Assembly: GCA_003164895.1 (NCBI GenBank)
Contig: PLUL01000055.1
Span: 2,989 to 66,988 of the forward strand
Source of the DNA: Bacteroidota bacterium
Lineage (GTDB): Bacteria > Bacteroidota > Bacteroidia > Palsa-948
DNA: 64,000 bases
Direction: 5' to 3'
Shown here in pieces: positions 1 to 9,844 of this stretch (the stretch's first letter is position 1; every line of letters begins with the position of its first letter). The notes below the pieces were generated by a model, which was given only the letters and a program-made list of their open reading frames with translations, did not search any database and was not told where the DNA came from. The position numbers and the translations under genes are program-made.

Positions 1-3000
1 AAAAAAAATAGTGTTTCCGTAAACGGAAAACAGGTTGAAAAAAATAATGGAACTAATCCAGTTCCTTTTGCCACTTGTGGTGATATGGGTGCGGAAAATG
101 GGTGGTCTACTTGGCAATCTAGTGAAGGATATCATCAACTAGGAACTAATGGCGACCTACCGATTTTTTTTGCTCCAGGTGCTCCTGCAACTATGGCTCC
201 TCGTTTTGCCATAACCAGTGGAGCTGGTAACGATGCTTGTTCTGTTGGAGCAGGTCCGCTTGTACCTGTCGTAGCACCAGGTTTTGGAAATTCATCTATC
301 CTGATTGGGCAACCATTAACAAATGGTATTCAGGGAAATTGCGCGAGTAATCCTCCATATCCAGCTCCGGGTGGTGGTGCTCAAGGGAATGGTTGTTCTG
401 AACAACTACAATTTTCTTTTACTGTTTCTGCACAAGACATTAATTTTATTTATGCCTATGCAGTATTTGTAGAGAACCCACCAAGTGGGCATACATTGAA
501 TCAAGCGCCATTCACAGAAATATATATACTTGCTCCTAATAATATCGATACTGTTCCTTGCAGTAAACAAAGATATACTGCAGATCTAGCTGGTGGTATA
601 GGTCCTGGATTCTACGCATCAAATTGCTCTCCAACCTCTAATGGTGTTGTTACTTATAAGCCGTGGACTCTTGTGGGTGTAAATCTAACAAACTATGTAG
701 GACAAACTCTCAAAACTGTAATTACAAATACAGATTGTGCTTTGGGTGGCCACAGTTGTTGGTCCTATTGGGATTTTTCATGTGGTGCGCTTGGCGGAAG
801 CCCTCCAGCATATTGCCTCGGGCAATCTGTAACATTAAATGCACCCAATGACCCTCTTATAAATTATACTTATCAATGGACACATAATGGTAGTCCTTAC
901 ACAGGTCCACCCAGTGCAACATCACCAAGCATTACTCCTACACCAGCGGTTGGCGATACATTTATTGTTTTAGTACATCAGCCATCAGGTTGTGACTTCA
1001 AAATTCCTTATGTACCTAAGCCTAATAATGCCATTGCCAATTTTCATTTTGCTACCAGTTGCTCGGGAGTAACTACATTTACAGATTCTTCCTACGTTCC
1101 AATTGGTGGAGGCACTATTACCGGATATAATTGGACATTTCCTTCGGGAAATCCGGCAACTGCAACTACTCCAACAGCTTCAGTAACTTTTCCACCCGGA
1201 ACTCATACCGTTACATTAAATGTAACTTCTTCAACGGGGTGTAATGGCACAAAGACACTTACATTTACGACAAACAATGCTGTTGCTGCTTTTAATACTG
1301 GACCTGTATGCTTGGGAACGACTACTACATTTATAAATACTTCAACTGCCAGTACCAGTGATCCAATTTCTTCATGGGATTGGAATTTTGGCGATGGAAC
1401 ACCTCATGCTACAATACAAAGCCCTTCTCACGTTTATGCAACATCGGGAACATATACTGTAACGCAAATCATTACAACTCAAGCGGGGTGTAAAGATTCA
1501 GTAAAATTACCGATAACAGTTAATCCATTACCGCAGGCAGCATTTACAAGTAACACGATTTGTGCAGGTACTGTTTCCTCGTTGACAGATAATTCTATTC
1601 TACCTGCAGGAGAAACAATAACTTGGAGTTGGAATCTTTCGGGAGGTACTCCGGCAACATCCACAGCACAGAATCCATCAGTTTCTTTTCCCACAGGAGG
1701 TACTTACACAGTTTCAGAAATTGTTACTACTCAGTTTGGATGTTCCGATACTACTGTTTTACCTGTTATTGTGAACGCCATACCTCAAGCAGCATTTTCA
1801 AGTAACACGGTTTGCGCAGGCAATGTTACTTCGTTGACAGATAATTCTACTTCACCATCTACTGGAGGAGCAATCACGAGTTGGAGTTGGAATTTCCCAA
1901 GCGGAAATCCATCAACATCCACAACACAGAATCCGATTGTTACTTTTCCTGCCGGAATTTATAATGTAACATTGGTGATAACAGCACAAAATAGTTGTAC
2001 AAATACTACTATTCTTCCAGTTGCAATATATGGATTACCCATTGCAAATTTTAGTTCCAATTCACCTTGTATAGGCAATGCGACAAATTTTGTTGACCTA
2101 TCTGTGTCACCTTCGGGAGATAACATTACATCTTGGAGTTGGAATATGGCAGGTGGAACTCCGGCAGCAAGTGCAATTACTAACCCGTTCACAATCTATA
2201 ATACACCTGGAACATATACTGCTACTCTAACAGTAACAACACAAGGAGGGTGCAAGGATACAATTTCCCATCCGGTTACAGTATTTGCACCTCCTGTTGC
2301 AAATTTTTCTGGTTCGGGAGTCGGTTGCGCGCCTATCTGCGTTACAAATTATAAGGATTCATCAACTACCTTAGTCGGAAATAATATTGTGAGTTGGCAA
2401 TGGTCTTTTCCTGGTGGCTCACCTGCAAGTTATATTACAAATAATTCTCCCGGAAATCCATCTTCTATTTGTTACAATTCTCCCGGTGCATTTGGTGCAA
2501 GTTTGATAGTTACAACAGCAAATGGATGTAAGGATTCCATTTCAATTAATCCAGTAGCGAATGTTTATCCATTGCCGAAGTCAAGTTTCTGTATATTATC
2601 AAACCCAGTTCCTGTTACTGATCCAGTTTTTTCTTTTTGTGACCAATGGTCAAATGATGTTGTTCAATGGGTATGGACTTTTGGCGATGGGGATTCCGCT
2701 TCAAACATAGTTAACCCTGTTCATTCTTATTCAGCTACTGCGACAAATAATGATTTTTATACTTATAATGTTTGCCTTAATGTTAAAAATCAGTTTGGCT
2801 GTTGGGATTCTGTTTGTCATGTAGTGGAATTATTGCCTGAATTTACGTTCTACATTTCAAATTCATTTACTCCCAACGGAGATGGCAATAACGACTTTTT
2901 CTTTGGAAAAGGTCGAGGCATCAAAGATTATAATATATGGGTATTTGACAGATGGGGAAATGATATTTGGGATTGCCACTATTCAGGTAAGAATACAGAT

Positions 3001-3192
3001 TGGGATAATACCAATCAGGATGGAATGCCTTCTGCTTGCAAATGGGATGGGGTAGTAGTAAAAGGAGGAATGGATATGAGCGGAGGCAGCGGCAAAGTAG
3101 TTCAGGAAGATGTGTATGTGTGGAAAGTGAAACTGACCGATGTTTTTGATAAAGCGCACACTTATATTGGGCGAGTGAGTGTGGTGAAATAA
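1..3192 (+). CDS. Type-B T9SS cargo protein (N-terminally truncated by the window start) with about nine tandem PKD domains and a gliding-motility-type C-terminal domain (CHU_C).
   Basis: Frame 1 is open from base 1 with no stop before the annotated ATG at 85. Repeated PKD signatures are present (WNFGDGTP, WSWNFPSGNP, WQWSFPGG, VWTFGDGDSA). The C-terminus, FTPNGDGNNDFF...IWVFDRWGNDIW, matches the type-B T9SS sorting domain. Confidence 0.8.
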   Translation, partial: KKNSVSVNGKQVEKNNGTNPVPFATCGDMGAENGWSTWQSSEGYHQLGTNGDLPIFFAPGAPATMAPRFAITSGAGNDACSVGAGPLVPVVAPGFGNSSILIGQPLTNGIQGNCASNPPYPAPGGGAQGNGCSEQLQFSFTVSAQDINFIYAYAVFVENPPSGHTLNQAPFTEIYILAPNNIDTVPCSKQRYTADLAGGIGPGFYASNCSPTSNGVVTYKPWTLVGVNLTNYVGQTLKTVITNTDCALGGHSCWSYWDFSCGALGGSPPAYCLGQSVTLNAPNDPLINYTYQWTHNGSPYTGPPSATSPSITPTPAVGDTFIVLVHQPSGCDFKIPYVPKPNNAIANFHFATSCSGVTTFTDSSYVPIGGGTITGYNWTFPSGNPATATTPTASVTFPPGTHTVTLNVTSSTGCNGTKTLTFTTNNAVAAFNTGPVCLGTTTTFINTSTASTSDPISSWDWNFGDGTPHATIQSPSHVYATSGTYTVTQIITTQAGCKDSVKLPITVNPLPQAAFTSNTICAGTVSSLTDNSILPAGETITWSWNLSGGTPATSTAQNPSVSFPTGGTYTVSEIVTTQFGCSDTTVLPVIVNAIPQAAFSSNTVCAGNVTSLTDNSTSPSTGGAITSWSWNFPSGNPSTSTTQNPIVTFPAGIYNVTLVITAQNSCTNTTILPVAIYGLPIANFSSNSPCIGNATNFVDLSVSPSGDNITSWSWNMAGGTPAASAITNPFTIYNTPGTYTATLTVTTQGGCKDTISHPVTVFAPPVANFSGSGVGCAPICVTNYKDSSTTLVGNNIVSWQWSFPGGSPASYITNNSPGNPSSICYNSPGAFGASLIVTTANGCKDSISINPVANVYPLPKSSFCILSNPVPVTDPVFSFCDQWSNDVVQWVWTFGDGDSASNIVNPVHSYSATATNNDFYTYNVCLNVKNQFGCWDSVCHVVELLPEFTFYISNSFTPNGDGNNDFFFGKGRGIKDYNIWVFDRWGNDIWDCHYSGKNTDWDNTNQDGMPSACKWDGVVVKGGMDMSGGSGKVVQEDVYVWKVKLTDVFDKAHTYIGRVSVVK

Positions 3193-3205
3193 TAAAAAAA
3201 TAATT

Positions 3206-5668
3206 TCAGGATCGAATAATTGCTCCCGCTTTTTCCTGATATGTTGTTATTAATTTCTGAATTACTTTGTCCACTTCTTTATCTGTTAGTGTTGCATTTT
3301 CATCTTGTAAAATGAAACTAAGCGCGTAGGATTTTTTTCCCGCTTCTATTTTATCGCCTTCGTAAACATCAAACAGATTTACATTTTTCAGGAGATTTTT
3401 TTCAGTTTGAAAAGCAAGTGATTCCAATAATTCATACTTCACATTTCTGTCCACCACCAAAGCGAGGTCACGCCTTACTTCAGGGAATTTTGGAATTTCT
3501 TTATACCGCACTGAACTATTTTTTGACAACTCAATGACAACATCCCAGTTGAAATCGGCACAAAACACTTCCTGCCGGATGTCAAATTTTTTCAGGAAAG
3601 ATTTCTTAACGAAACCAAGCTCGACAATTTTTTTCTTCCTGATTTCATACGATAATCCGGAAGAAAGAATTTCAGAACTGATTTCAGAAACTTTTTCAAC
3701 TTTAATTCCAATCCTTTCCAAAACATTATCGGCAAATGATTTCAAGTGGAAGAAATCCATACTTCCCTGTTGTACGTTCCAACTTTCCGCTTGTTTTTTT
3801 CCGCAGAGAAAAAGTGCAAGATGATTTTTTTCCGAAACAGGTATTACTTCTGGTTTTTCAACTTTAACCTCTTTCTTTCTATATGATTTTCCGAACTCAA
3901 ATAATTTAAGGTCAGAATTTTTCCTATTCTGATTGTACGCAATTGCTTCCAGTCCGCTGAAGATAAGAGATGGGCGAAGAATATTCAATTCCGGACTGAG
4001 AGGATTCAGAAGTTCAACAACATTTTCTTTTTCGGAAGGAAGGAAGTTCAGTAATTCGGAATTGGTAAGCGAATTGGACATGATTTCCGTAAACCCACTT
4101 CCGCAAAGCAAATCGGAAATCACGTTGCGGATTTTTTCCGCGTCGGGTTTTGAAATAAAAGAAAGCGAGGAACGCACCGAAGTAGGAATCTCAATGTTGT
4201 TACATCCGTAAATTCTCAAAACTTCTTCAATTAAATCTTGCTCCAGAGTAACATCCGATTTATTTGTAGGCACAGAAAGTAAAAGCGCATCTTGTCCGGA
4301 TGAAATCACTTCCATACCCAGAAGTTCAAAAATCCGTTTGATGGATGTTCTGTCAATTTGTTTTCCGATAAGTGTGTCACAGTTATGGAATGAGAAAGCA
4401 ATTTTCTTTTCTTCAACAGGTGCTGGATAAATATCCACCACGTCGGATGAAATTGTTCCGCCGGCAACTTCTTTAATAAGCAGCGCTGCTCGTTGAAGTG
4501 CATATACCGTAATATTCGGGTCAGCGCCTCTTTCAAAACGGAATGAAGCATCGGTTTTCAGCAAATGTTGCTTGGAAGTTTTCCGGATGGAAGTCGGAGA
4601 AAAATAAGCGCTTTCGAGAAAAATATTTTTTGTTTCGTTTGTTACTCCTGAATGCAATCCGCCAAAAACTCCAGCGATGCACATCGGCTCTTTTTCAGAG
4701 CAAATCATCAAATCATCCGAAGTGAGTATTCGTTCAACTCCATCCAGGGTAACAAATTTTGTTCCTGCAGGAAGTTTTTTAACGATTATTTTGTTTCCCG
4801 AAATTTTATCTGCATCAAATGCGTGAAGCGGCTGACCAAGTTCATGCAGAACAAAATTTGTTGCATCCACAATATTATTTATCGGCTTCAGTCCAATTGA
4901 CTGCAATCTTTTTTTCAACCAATCGGGAGATTCTTTCACTTGTAAATCAGAAATAGTAATTCCTGAATATCGCGGACATGCATCTTTATCTTCCACGACT
5001 ACTTCAATCTTCAGTTTTTCGTTTTCTATTTTGAATGCATCAACTAAAGGAACTTTTAAATCATATTTATTTTCAGGCAAATTCCAATTCAGAACTGCGA
5101 ATAAATCTTTCGCCACACCGATGTGCGAAGCAGCATCTCCCCGATTTGGAGTAAGACCGATTTCCAGAATGGAATCTTCTTCAATCTTAAAATAATCTTT
5201 TGCAGGCGTTCCGATTTTTGCCGTAGCATCCAGCACCATAATTCCATCGTGAGAATTTCCTAACCCAAGTTCATCTTCGGCACAAATCATTCCTTCGGAA
5301 ACCGCGCCGCGAATTTTTGCTTTCTTCAAAGTAATCAGTTCACCTTTTGTCGGATAAATAGTGGAACCGACTGTAGCCACTACCACTTTTTGTCCCGCTG
5401 CAACATTTTGCGCGCCACAAACAATATTTAGAAGGGTTCCGGTGCCAATATCAACAGTTGTTATGCTTAATCGGTCGGCATCAGGATGTTTTTCTTTTGT
5501 CTTTACTTCTCCAATCACGCATCCTGCCAATCCGCCCTTCACGGTTTCGTGTTTCTCCACACTTTCCACTTCGAGTCCGCAGCCAGTAAGAAGTTCAGCC
5601 GTTTTCTCAGGGGAAATATCCAAATCAATGTACTGTTTCAGCCAGTTGTAAGAGATTTTCATACTCAA
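3206..5668 (-). CDS. pheT: Phenylalanine--tRNA ligase beta subunit.
   Basis: 820-aa protein starting MSMKISYNWLKQYIDLDISPEKTAELLTGCGLEVESVE, which is the canonical PheT N-terminus, followed by the B3/4 and anticodon-binding regions. The length is typical. Confidence 0.93.
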   Translation of the reverse strand: MSMKISYNWLKQYIDLDISPEKTAELLTGCGLEVESVEKHETVKGGLAGCVIGEVKTKEKHPDADRLSITTVDIGTGTLLNIVCGAQNVAAGQKVVVATVGSTIYPTKGELITLKKAKIRGAVSEGMICAEDELGLGNSHDGIMVLDATAKIGTPAKDYFKIEEDSILEIGLTPNRGDAASHIGVAKDLFAVLNWNLPENKYDLKVPLVDAFKIENEKLKIEVVVEDKDACPRYSGITISDLQVKESPDWLKKRLQSIGLKPINNIVDATNFVLHELGQPLHAFDADKISGNKIIVKKLPAGTKFVTLDGVERILTSDDLMICSEKEPMCIAGVFGGLHSGVTNETKNIFLESAYFSPTSIRKTSKQHLLKTDASFRFERGADPNITVYALQRAALLIKEVAGGTISSDVVDIYPAPVEEKKIAFSFHNCDTLIGKQIDRTSIKRIFELLGMEVISSGQDALLLSVPTNKSDVTLEQDLIEEVLRIYGCNNIEIPTSVRSSLSFISKPDAEKIRNVISDLLCGSGFTEIMSNSLTNSELLNFLPSEKENVVELLNPLSPELNILRPSLIFSGLEAIAYNQNRKNSDLKLFEFGKSYRKKEVKVEKPEVIPVSEKNHLALFLCGKKQAESWNVQQGSMDFFHLKSFADNVLERIGIKVEKVSEISSEILSSGLSYEIRKKKIVELGFVKKSFLKKFDIRQEVFCADFNWDVVIELSKNSSVRYKEIPKFPEVRRDLALVVDRNVKYELLESLAFQTEKNLLKNVNLFDVYEGDKIEAGKKSYALSFILQDENATLTDKEVDKVIQKLITTYQEKAGAIIRS

Positions 5669-5791
5669 AAAATATTTTGCGAATATACGAATTGAAAATA
5701 GTCATGAAAATAAATTTCTCAAAACACTTGACATCGCCTCCTTGATACATTACCTTCGCGCTCTTTTTTAAAAACCTACTAAAACTCAATT

Positions 5792-6844
5792 ATGAAATTA
5801 TCCCAATTCAAATTCAATTTGCCGAAAGATTTACTTGCTGAATATCCCGCAAAACAACGCGAGGATGCGCGATTAATGGTAGTGAATAGGAAAACAAAAA
5901 AAATAGAACACAAACATTTCCGAGATATTATAAATTATTTTGAATCGGGTGATGCAATGGTGGTGAACAACACGCAGGTGTTTCCAGCCCGCATGTATGG
6001 CAACAAAGAAAAAACCGGAGCGCGCATTGAAGTATTTCTCCTCCGCGAATTAAACCGCGAAAGCCGACTTTGGGATGTGCTGGTTGACCCGGCGCGAAAA
6101 ATCCGCATTGGCAACAAACTTTATTTCGGTGAGAATGCAAATTCGCTGGTGGCGGAAGTGATTGACAACACCACTTCTCGCGGAAGAACATTGCGATTTC
6201 TTTTTGACGGACCCTATGAGGAATTCAAAGCCTTACTCACCAATCTGGGACAAACTCCGCTTCCAAAATATATCAAGCGCAAACCTGAACCCAGTGATGC
6301 TGAACGCTATCAAACTGTTTTTGCAAAAGTGGAAGGCGCTGTTGCTGCACCCACAGCCGGTTTACATTTCAGCCGTGAGTTAATGCGCAAACTTCAAATC
6401 AAAGGAATTAATTTTGCGGAACTCACGCTTCACGTTGGTCTCGGAACTTTTCGCCCGATTGAAGTGGAAGATCTTACCAAACATAAAATGGATTCGGAAG
6501 AAATGGAAATTCCTCAAAGTGCGGTGGACATTGTGAATCACGCGAAAGATGCAAAGAAAAAAATCTGCGTGGTGGGTACCACCGCAATGCGTGCGGTAGA
6601 AACTTCCGTTTCAACCACGCAACGTTTGAAACCGTTCAAAGGATGGACAAACAAATTCATTTTCCCTCCTTACAATTTTAATATCGCCGATAGCATGGTT
6701 ACAAATTTCCACACGCCAGAATCTTCTCTGCTTATTATGGTATGCGCGTTTGGCGGATACGATTTGATTATGAAGGCTTACAAAGAAGCTATAAAAGAAA
6801 AATACAAATTCTATTCTTACGGAGATGCAATGTTGATTCTCTGA
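5792..6844 (+). CDS. queA: S-adenosylmethionine:tRNA ribosyltransferase-isomerase.
   Basis: 350-aa protein starting [31 protein letters not shown]; matches in SAMPLE_SHORT form are QVFPARMYG and GLHFSRELM, all typical of QueA. Confidence 0.92.
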   Translation: MKLSQFKFNLPKDLLAEYPAKQREDARLMVVNRKTKKIEHKHFRDIINYFESGDAMVVNNTQVFPARMYGNKEKTGARIEVFLLRELNRESRLWDVLVDPARKIRIGNKLYFGENANSLVAEVIDNTTSRGRTLRFLFDGPYEEFKALLTNLGQTPLPKYIKRKPEPSDAERYQTVFAKVEGAVAAPTAGLHFSRELMRKLQIKGINFAELTLHVGLGTFRPIEVEDLTKHKMDSEEMEIPQSAVDIVNHAKDAKKKICVVGTTAMRAVETSVSTTQRLKPFKGWTNKFIFPPYNFNIADSMVTNFHTPESSLLIMVCAFGGYDLIMKAYKEAIKEKYKFYSYGDAMLIL

Positions 6845-6977
6845 TTCATCATTGACGCTCTAAAAAATAAATTCAATAATCGTTGCTCATAAAAAAATTC
6901 TTTCGTTACTTTGCGTAAGAATTTTTTTCGGCAAAATAAAAAAAATCGCGCAGAACTATTATTGAAGAAAAAGAAAG

Positions 6978-7739
6978 ATGACAGAATCCCCTGTTAAAAA
7001 GTACGCCATCATCGTTGCCGGCGGAAATGGAACACGCGCCAACACCCCCGTTCCAAAACAATTTATGAAACTTGACGGCAAACCGGTCGTCATGCACACC
7101 ATCACAAAATTTGCCGAAGCCGGAATTCATGTTGAAATTATTTTGGTGCTGAATAAAGATTTGATTCCGCAGTGGCAGGAATTATGTAAGGAACATAATT
7201 TTAATACCGAAGTAAAAATTGTTGAAGGCGGAGAAAATCGTTTTGAATCTGTAAAAATGGGATTGGCAGTAATTGAAGACGAAGGAATTGTTGCTGTGCA
7301 CGATGCCGCCCGTCCGCTGGTGAGTGCAAAAACAATTGTTACCGCGTTCAAAGCTGCCGAGATGTACGGCAACGCAGTTCCCGCAATTCCGCTGAGCGAT
7401 TCCATCCGGCAAATTGATTCTACAAAAAGCATTGCGCTCGACCGCACACGCTATTGCATCATTCAAACTCCGCAATGTTTTGTTGCCAGTATTTTGAAAA
7501 AAGCATATTCCACTGCCGAATATAAAATTCATTTTACCGATGATGCTTCGGTAGTAGAATCGGCAGGAGAACGTATTCATCTGGTTGACGGAAATCCCGA
7601 TAACATAAAAATTACTTCTCCCCGCGATTTCATTATTGCTGAAGCGCTGATAAAATACCGTCCTGTTGTTTCTTCCGGAAATAAATTAAAACCTTCTGAG
7701 GAATTGAATCTTTTGGGCGGACAGAGTCAGGTGGCGTAA
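6978..7739 (+). CDS. ispD: 2-C-methyl-D-erythritol 4-phosphate cytidylyltransferase.
   Basis: N-terminal nucleotidyltransferase motif AIIVAGGNGTRANTPVPKQF...VHDAARP, characteristic of IspD. Length 253 aa. Confidence 0.88.
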   Translation: MTESPVKKYAIIVAGGNGTRANTPVPKQFMKLDGKPVVMHTITKFAEAGIHVEIILVLNKDLIPQWQELCKEHNFNTEVKIVEGGENRFESVKMGLAVIEDEGIVAVHDAARPLVSAKTIVTAFKAAEMYGNAVPAIPLSDSIRQIDSTKSIALDRTRYCIIQTPQCFVASILKKAYSTAEYKIHFTDDASVVESAGERIHLVDGNPDNIKITSPRDFIIAEALIKYRPVVSSGNKLKPSEELNLLGGQSQVA

Positions 7740-7791
7740 AATATTTCCTCGCTATTTTTTCTAACTTCGTATTACGCTTACAAACACAAAA

Positions 7792-8508
7792 ATGAAATTG
7801 CTTTATTGTTTTCTTTTGACTACTTTTTCAGTTTACTCTTTTGGTCAAACAACATCCCCAAAAAAAGATACTCCAGATATTAATCATTTCTTACCAGCAC
7901 ACTCCTCTGTTGAGAAAGAATTTAAATTAGACTTCGAGGGTGATGGGATTGACGAAATTGCTTTCTCATATAGAATTAATGGTCCAAAAACTGAAGAAAG
8001 TATTCTAAATCTTGATTCAACGGATGGTAATTCAGGAATAAAAATTTTAAAATTTTCTAACTTAATCGGTTGGCACGTTATTTACGAAGAGAAAACTTTA
8101 ACTGGTAATGGAGTTGGAGTTTATAGTGCTCCATATATAGAAAAGATTTTGAATACGTCAAATAAAAAAGAAGCAGTTCTTGTTATCACAGATGTATCTG
8201 GAGCAGGCGCAGCTCAATTCTGGCATCTTGTAGCGTCTGTTAATGATACTATTTTAGAATTAGATTCTTCTCCTATCAGAAAAAAAGTGTTTGCTGAAAG
8301 ACAATGCAATGATATGGGATATAATCATGTGGGGTTTGAAAATAATTTGGTTGTAGAAAAACAGCCTTGTTCACCTATAGGTTCATGTAGGATATGTTTT
8401 GAGAAGCCGACTTTTGAAATGCGATTTAGATTTACAGATAACGCAATCGAGATTGTTTCGGTAAAAGAAATTGAGGAAGCATCAGATAAAAAAGCTAGAA
8501 CAAAATAA
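7792..8508 (+). CDS. Hypothetical secreted protein with a Cys-rich C-terminal region.
   Basis: Signal peptide MKLLYCFLLTTFSVYSFGQ. I recognise no family. The C-terminus contains CNDMG...CSPIGSCRIC. Confidence 0.45.
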   Translation: MKLLYCFLLTTFSVYSFGQTTSPKKDTPDINHFLPAHSSVEKEFKLDFEGDGIDEIAFSYRINGPKTEESILNLDSTDGNSGIKILKFSNLIGWHVIYEEKTLTGNGVGVYSAPYIEKILNTSNKKEAVLVITDVSGAGAAQFWHLVASVNDTILELDSSPIRKKVFAERQCNDMGYNHVGFENNLVVEKQPCSPIGSCRICFEKPTFEMRFRFTDNAIEIVSVKEIEEASDKKARTK

Positions 8509-8525
8509 ACTGAAAAAAATATTTC

Positions 8526-9713
8526 TTACACCAACTTCTTCACCTCCACCTTCTCCGATAATTTCATTTTCTCCCAATCAATTCCTGTAATCAAATTCAA
8601 TCCCGGCTTTTTATCTATTTCAATTGTTCCCAGTTCTTTTTCAAATCCGAGAAACTCTGCACCGTTTTTTGTTGCCCAGGTAATTAAAGTTTCAAAAGGA
8701 ATTTTTGGAAAATATTTTGCAATGGTTTTCAGTTCATCCAAAACAGAAAGTGAATCGTTGGAAGCCAAGCTATCGGTGCCGATGGTGATTTTCATTCCTT
8801 CATTTATAAACATTTCAATATCCGGCAAACGATTTTCTATATAGAGATTTGCATTCGGGCACAAACAAAAATAGATATTGGATGTTAGATGTTGGATGTT
8901 GGATTTCAGCCATAAAATATCTTCGCTCGAAGTGTAGGTGTTGTGAACGAGTAAAATATTTTTCGCCTTGTTCAACTTCGGAAGAATGAATTGCAGGGAA
9001 TTTGTTTTTGCAGGTTGAAAGAACGAAGCATCAATTCCCCATTTTTCAAAACGTTTCAGGATTTTTCCGCTCTTGTTTTGAAACAACAAATTCTCTTCTT
9101 CACTTTCCTGATTATGAAAAGAAAGAATTCCGTTTGAATTTCCTGCTTCGTCATTTATAAGTTGCAGTAATTTCTCCGAAGCAGCATAAGGCGAATGCGG
9201 AACAATAGATGTTGGATGTTGGACTTTGGATTGAAGTTGCTTCCCTGTTTGGAATGCCTTTTCAGCTCTGTCAGGATGAAAACCCAACACTTCAATGAAG
9301 GTGTGATATTTTAATTTCCCTTTTGCTTTCTGATGAAACGAAAAATCGGAATTAGAAATATCCCCAACGGCAACGATTCCGTTTTTTATCATTTCATCTT
9401 CCGCCTTGACAAGCGCATTTAAAATTTCTTCTTCTGAAAATTTCCGTCTTATATTTTCCACTTCTGTTACAAACTCATCCAATCCTTTTCCTTTCGGCAT
9501 TTTATCTTTCAGGTACGATAATTCAAGATGGCAATGCGTATTTACAAAACCCGGGACAATTATGCCTTCAAAAAATTCAGAGGTTGGAGGTTGGAGGTTA
9601 GAAGTTGGATTAATAACATCAATAATTTTTCCATCATCTTCCATAATCACAATTCCATTTTTAATCGGTGGCGATGAAACAGGAAAAATATAATCGGCAG
9701 AAATTTTTCTCAT
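8526..9713 (-). CDS. Metal-dependent amidohydrolase of the TRZ/ATZ/MtaD-like deaminase superfamily.
   Basis: ADYIFPV...IIVPGFVNTHCHLELSY HxH metal-binding motif near the N-terminus; 395 aa. Contains three in-frame heptanucleotide arrays (see repeat features). Confidence 0.72.
   Translation of the reverse strand: MRKISADYIFPVSSPPIKNGIVIMEDDGKIIDVINPTSNLQPPTSEFFEGIIVPGFVNTHCHLELSYLKDKMPKGKGLDEFVTEVENIRRKFSEEEILNALVKAEDEMIKNGIVAVGDISNSDFSFHQKAKGKLKYHTFIEVLGFHPDRAEKAFQTGKQLQSKVQHPTSIVPHSPYAASEKLLQLINDEAGNSNGILSFHNQESEEENLLFQNKSGKILKRFEKWGIDASFFQPAKTNSLQFILPKLNKAKNILLVHNTYTSSEDILWLKSNIQHLTSNIYFCLCPNANLYIENRLPDIEMFINEGMKITIGTDSLASNDSLSVLDELKTIAKYFPKIPFETLITWATKNGAEFLGFEKELGTIEIDKKPGLNLITGIDWEKMKLSEKVEVKKLV
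8874..8908. repeat. Tandem heptanucleotide array GATATTG-GATGTTA-GATGTTG-GATGTTG-GATTTCA within the amidohydrolase CDS.
   Basis: Direct reading of the sequence. On the coding (minus) strand it encodes SNIQHLTSNI. Confidence 0.85.
9208..9235. repeat. Tandem heptanucleotide array GATGTTG-GATGTTG-GACTTTG-GATTGAA within the amidohydrolase CDS.
   Basis: Direct reading of the sequence. It encodes KVQHPTSIV on the minus strand. Confidence 0.8.
9580..9607. repeat. Tandem heptanucleotide array GAGGTTG-GAGGTTG-GAGGTTA-GAAGTTG within the amidohydrolase CDS.
   Basis: Direct reading of the sequence. It encodes PTSNLQPPTS on the minus strand. Confidence 0.85.
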
Positions 9714-9844
9714 TATGCAAATATATTAATGTGTTTGTTGTCATTCCGAACGAAGTGAGGAATCTCTATAATATGAGCAGAGAATTGTGGGAGATTTCTC
9801 GTTTCACTCGAAATGACAAATTCATTCGTAAATTCGTAACTGGT

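Noticed and set aside
9668-9844. A GTG-initiated N-terminal extension of rlmN that overlaps the divergent amidohydrolase start.
   Set aside because: The alignment logic places the conserved FRAKQ block about 26 aa after the ATG at 9845. The extension would overlap the divergent promoter and gene start.
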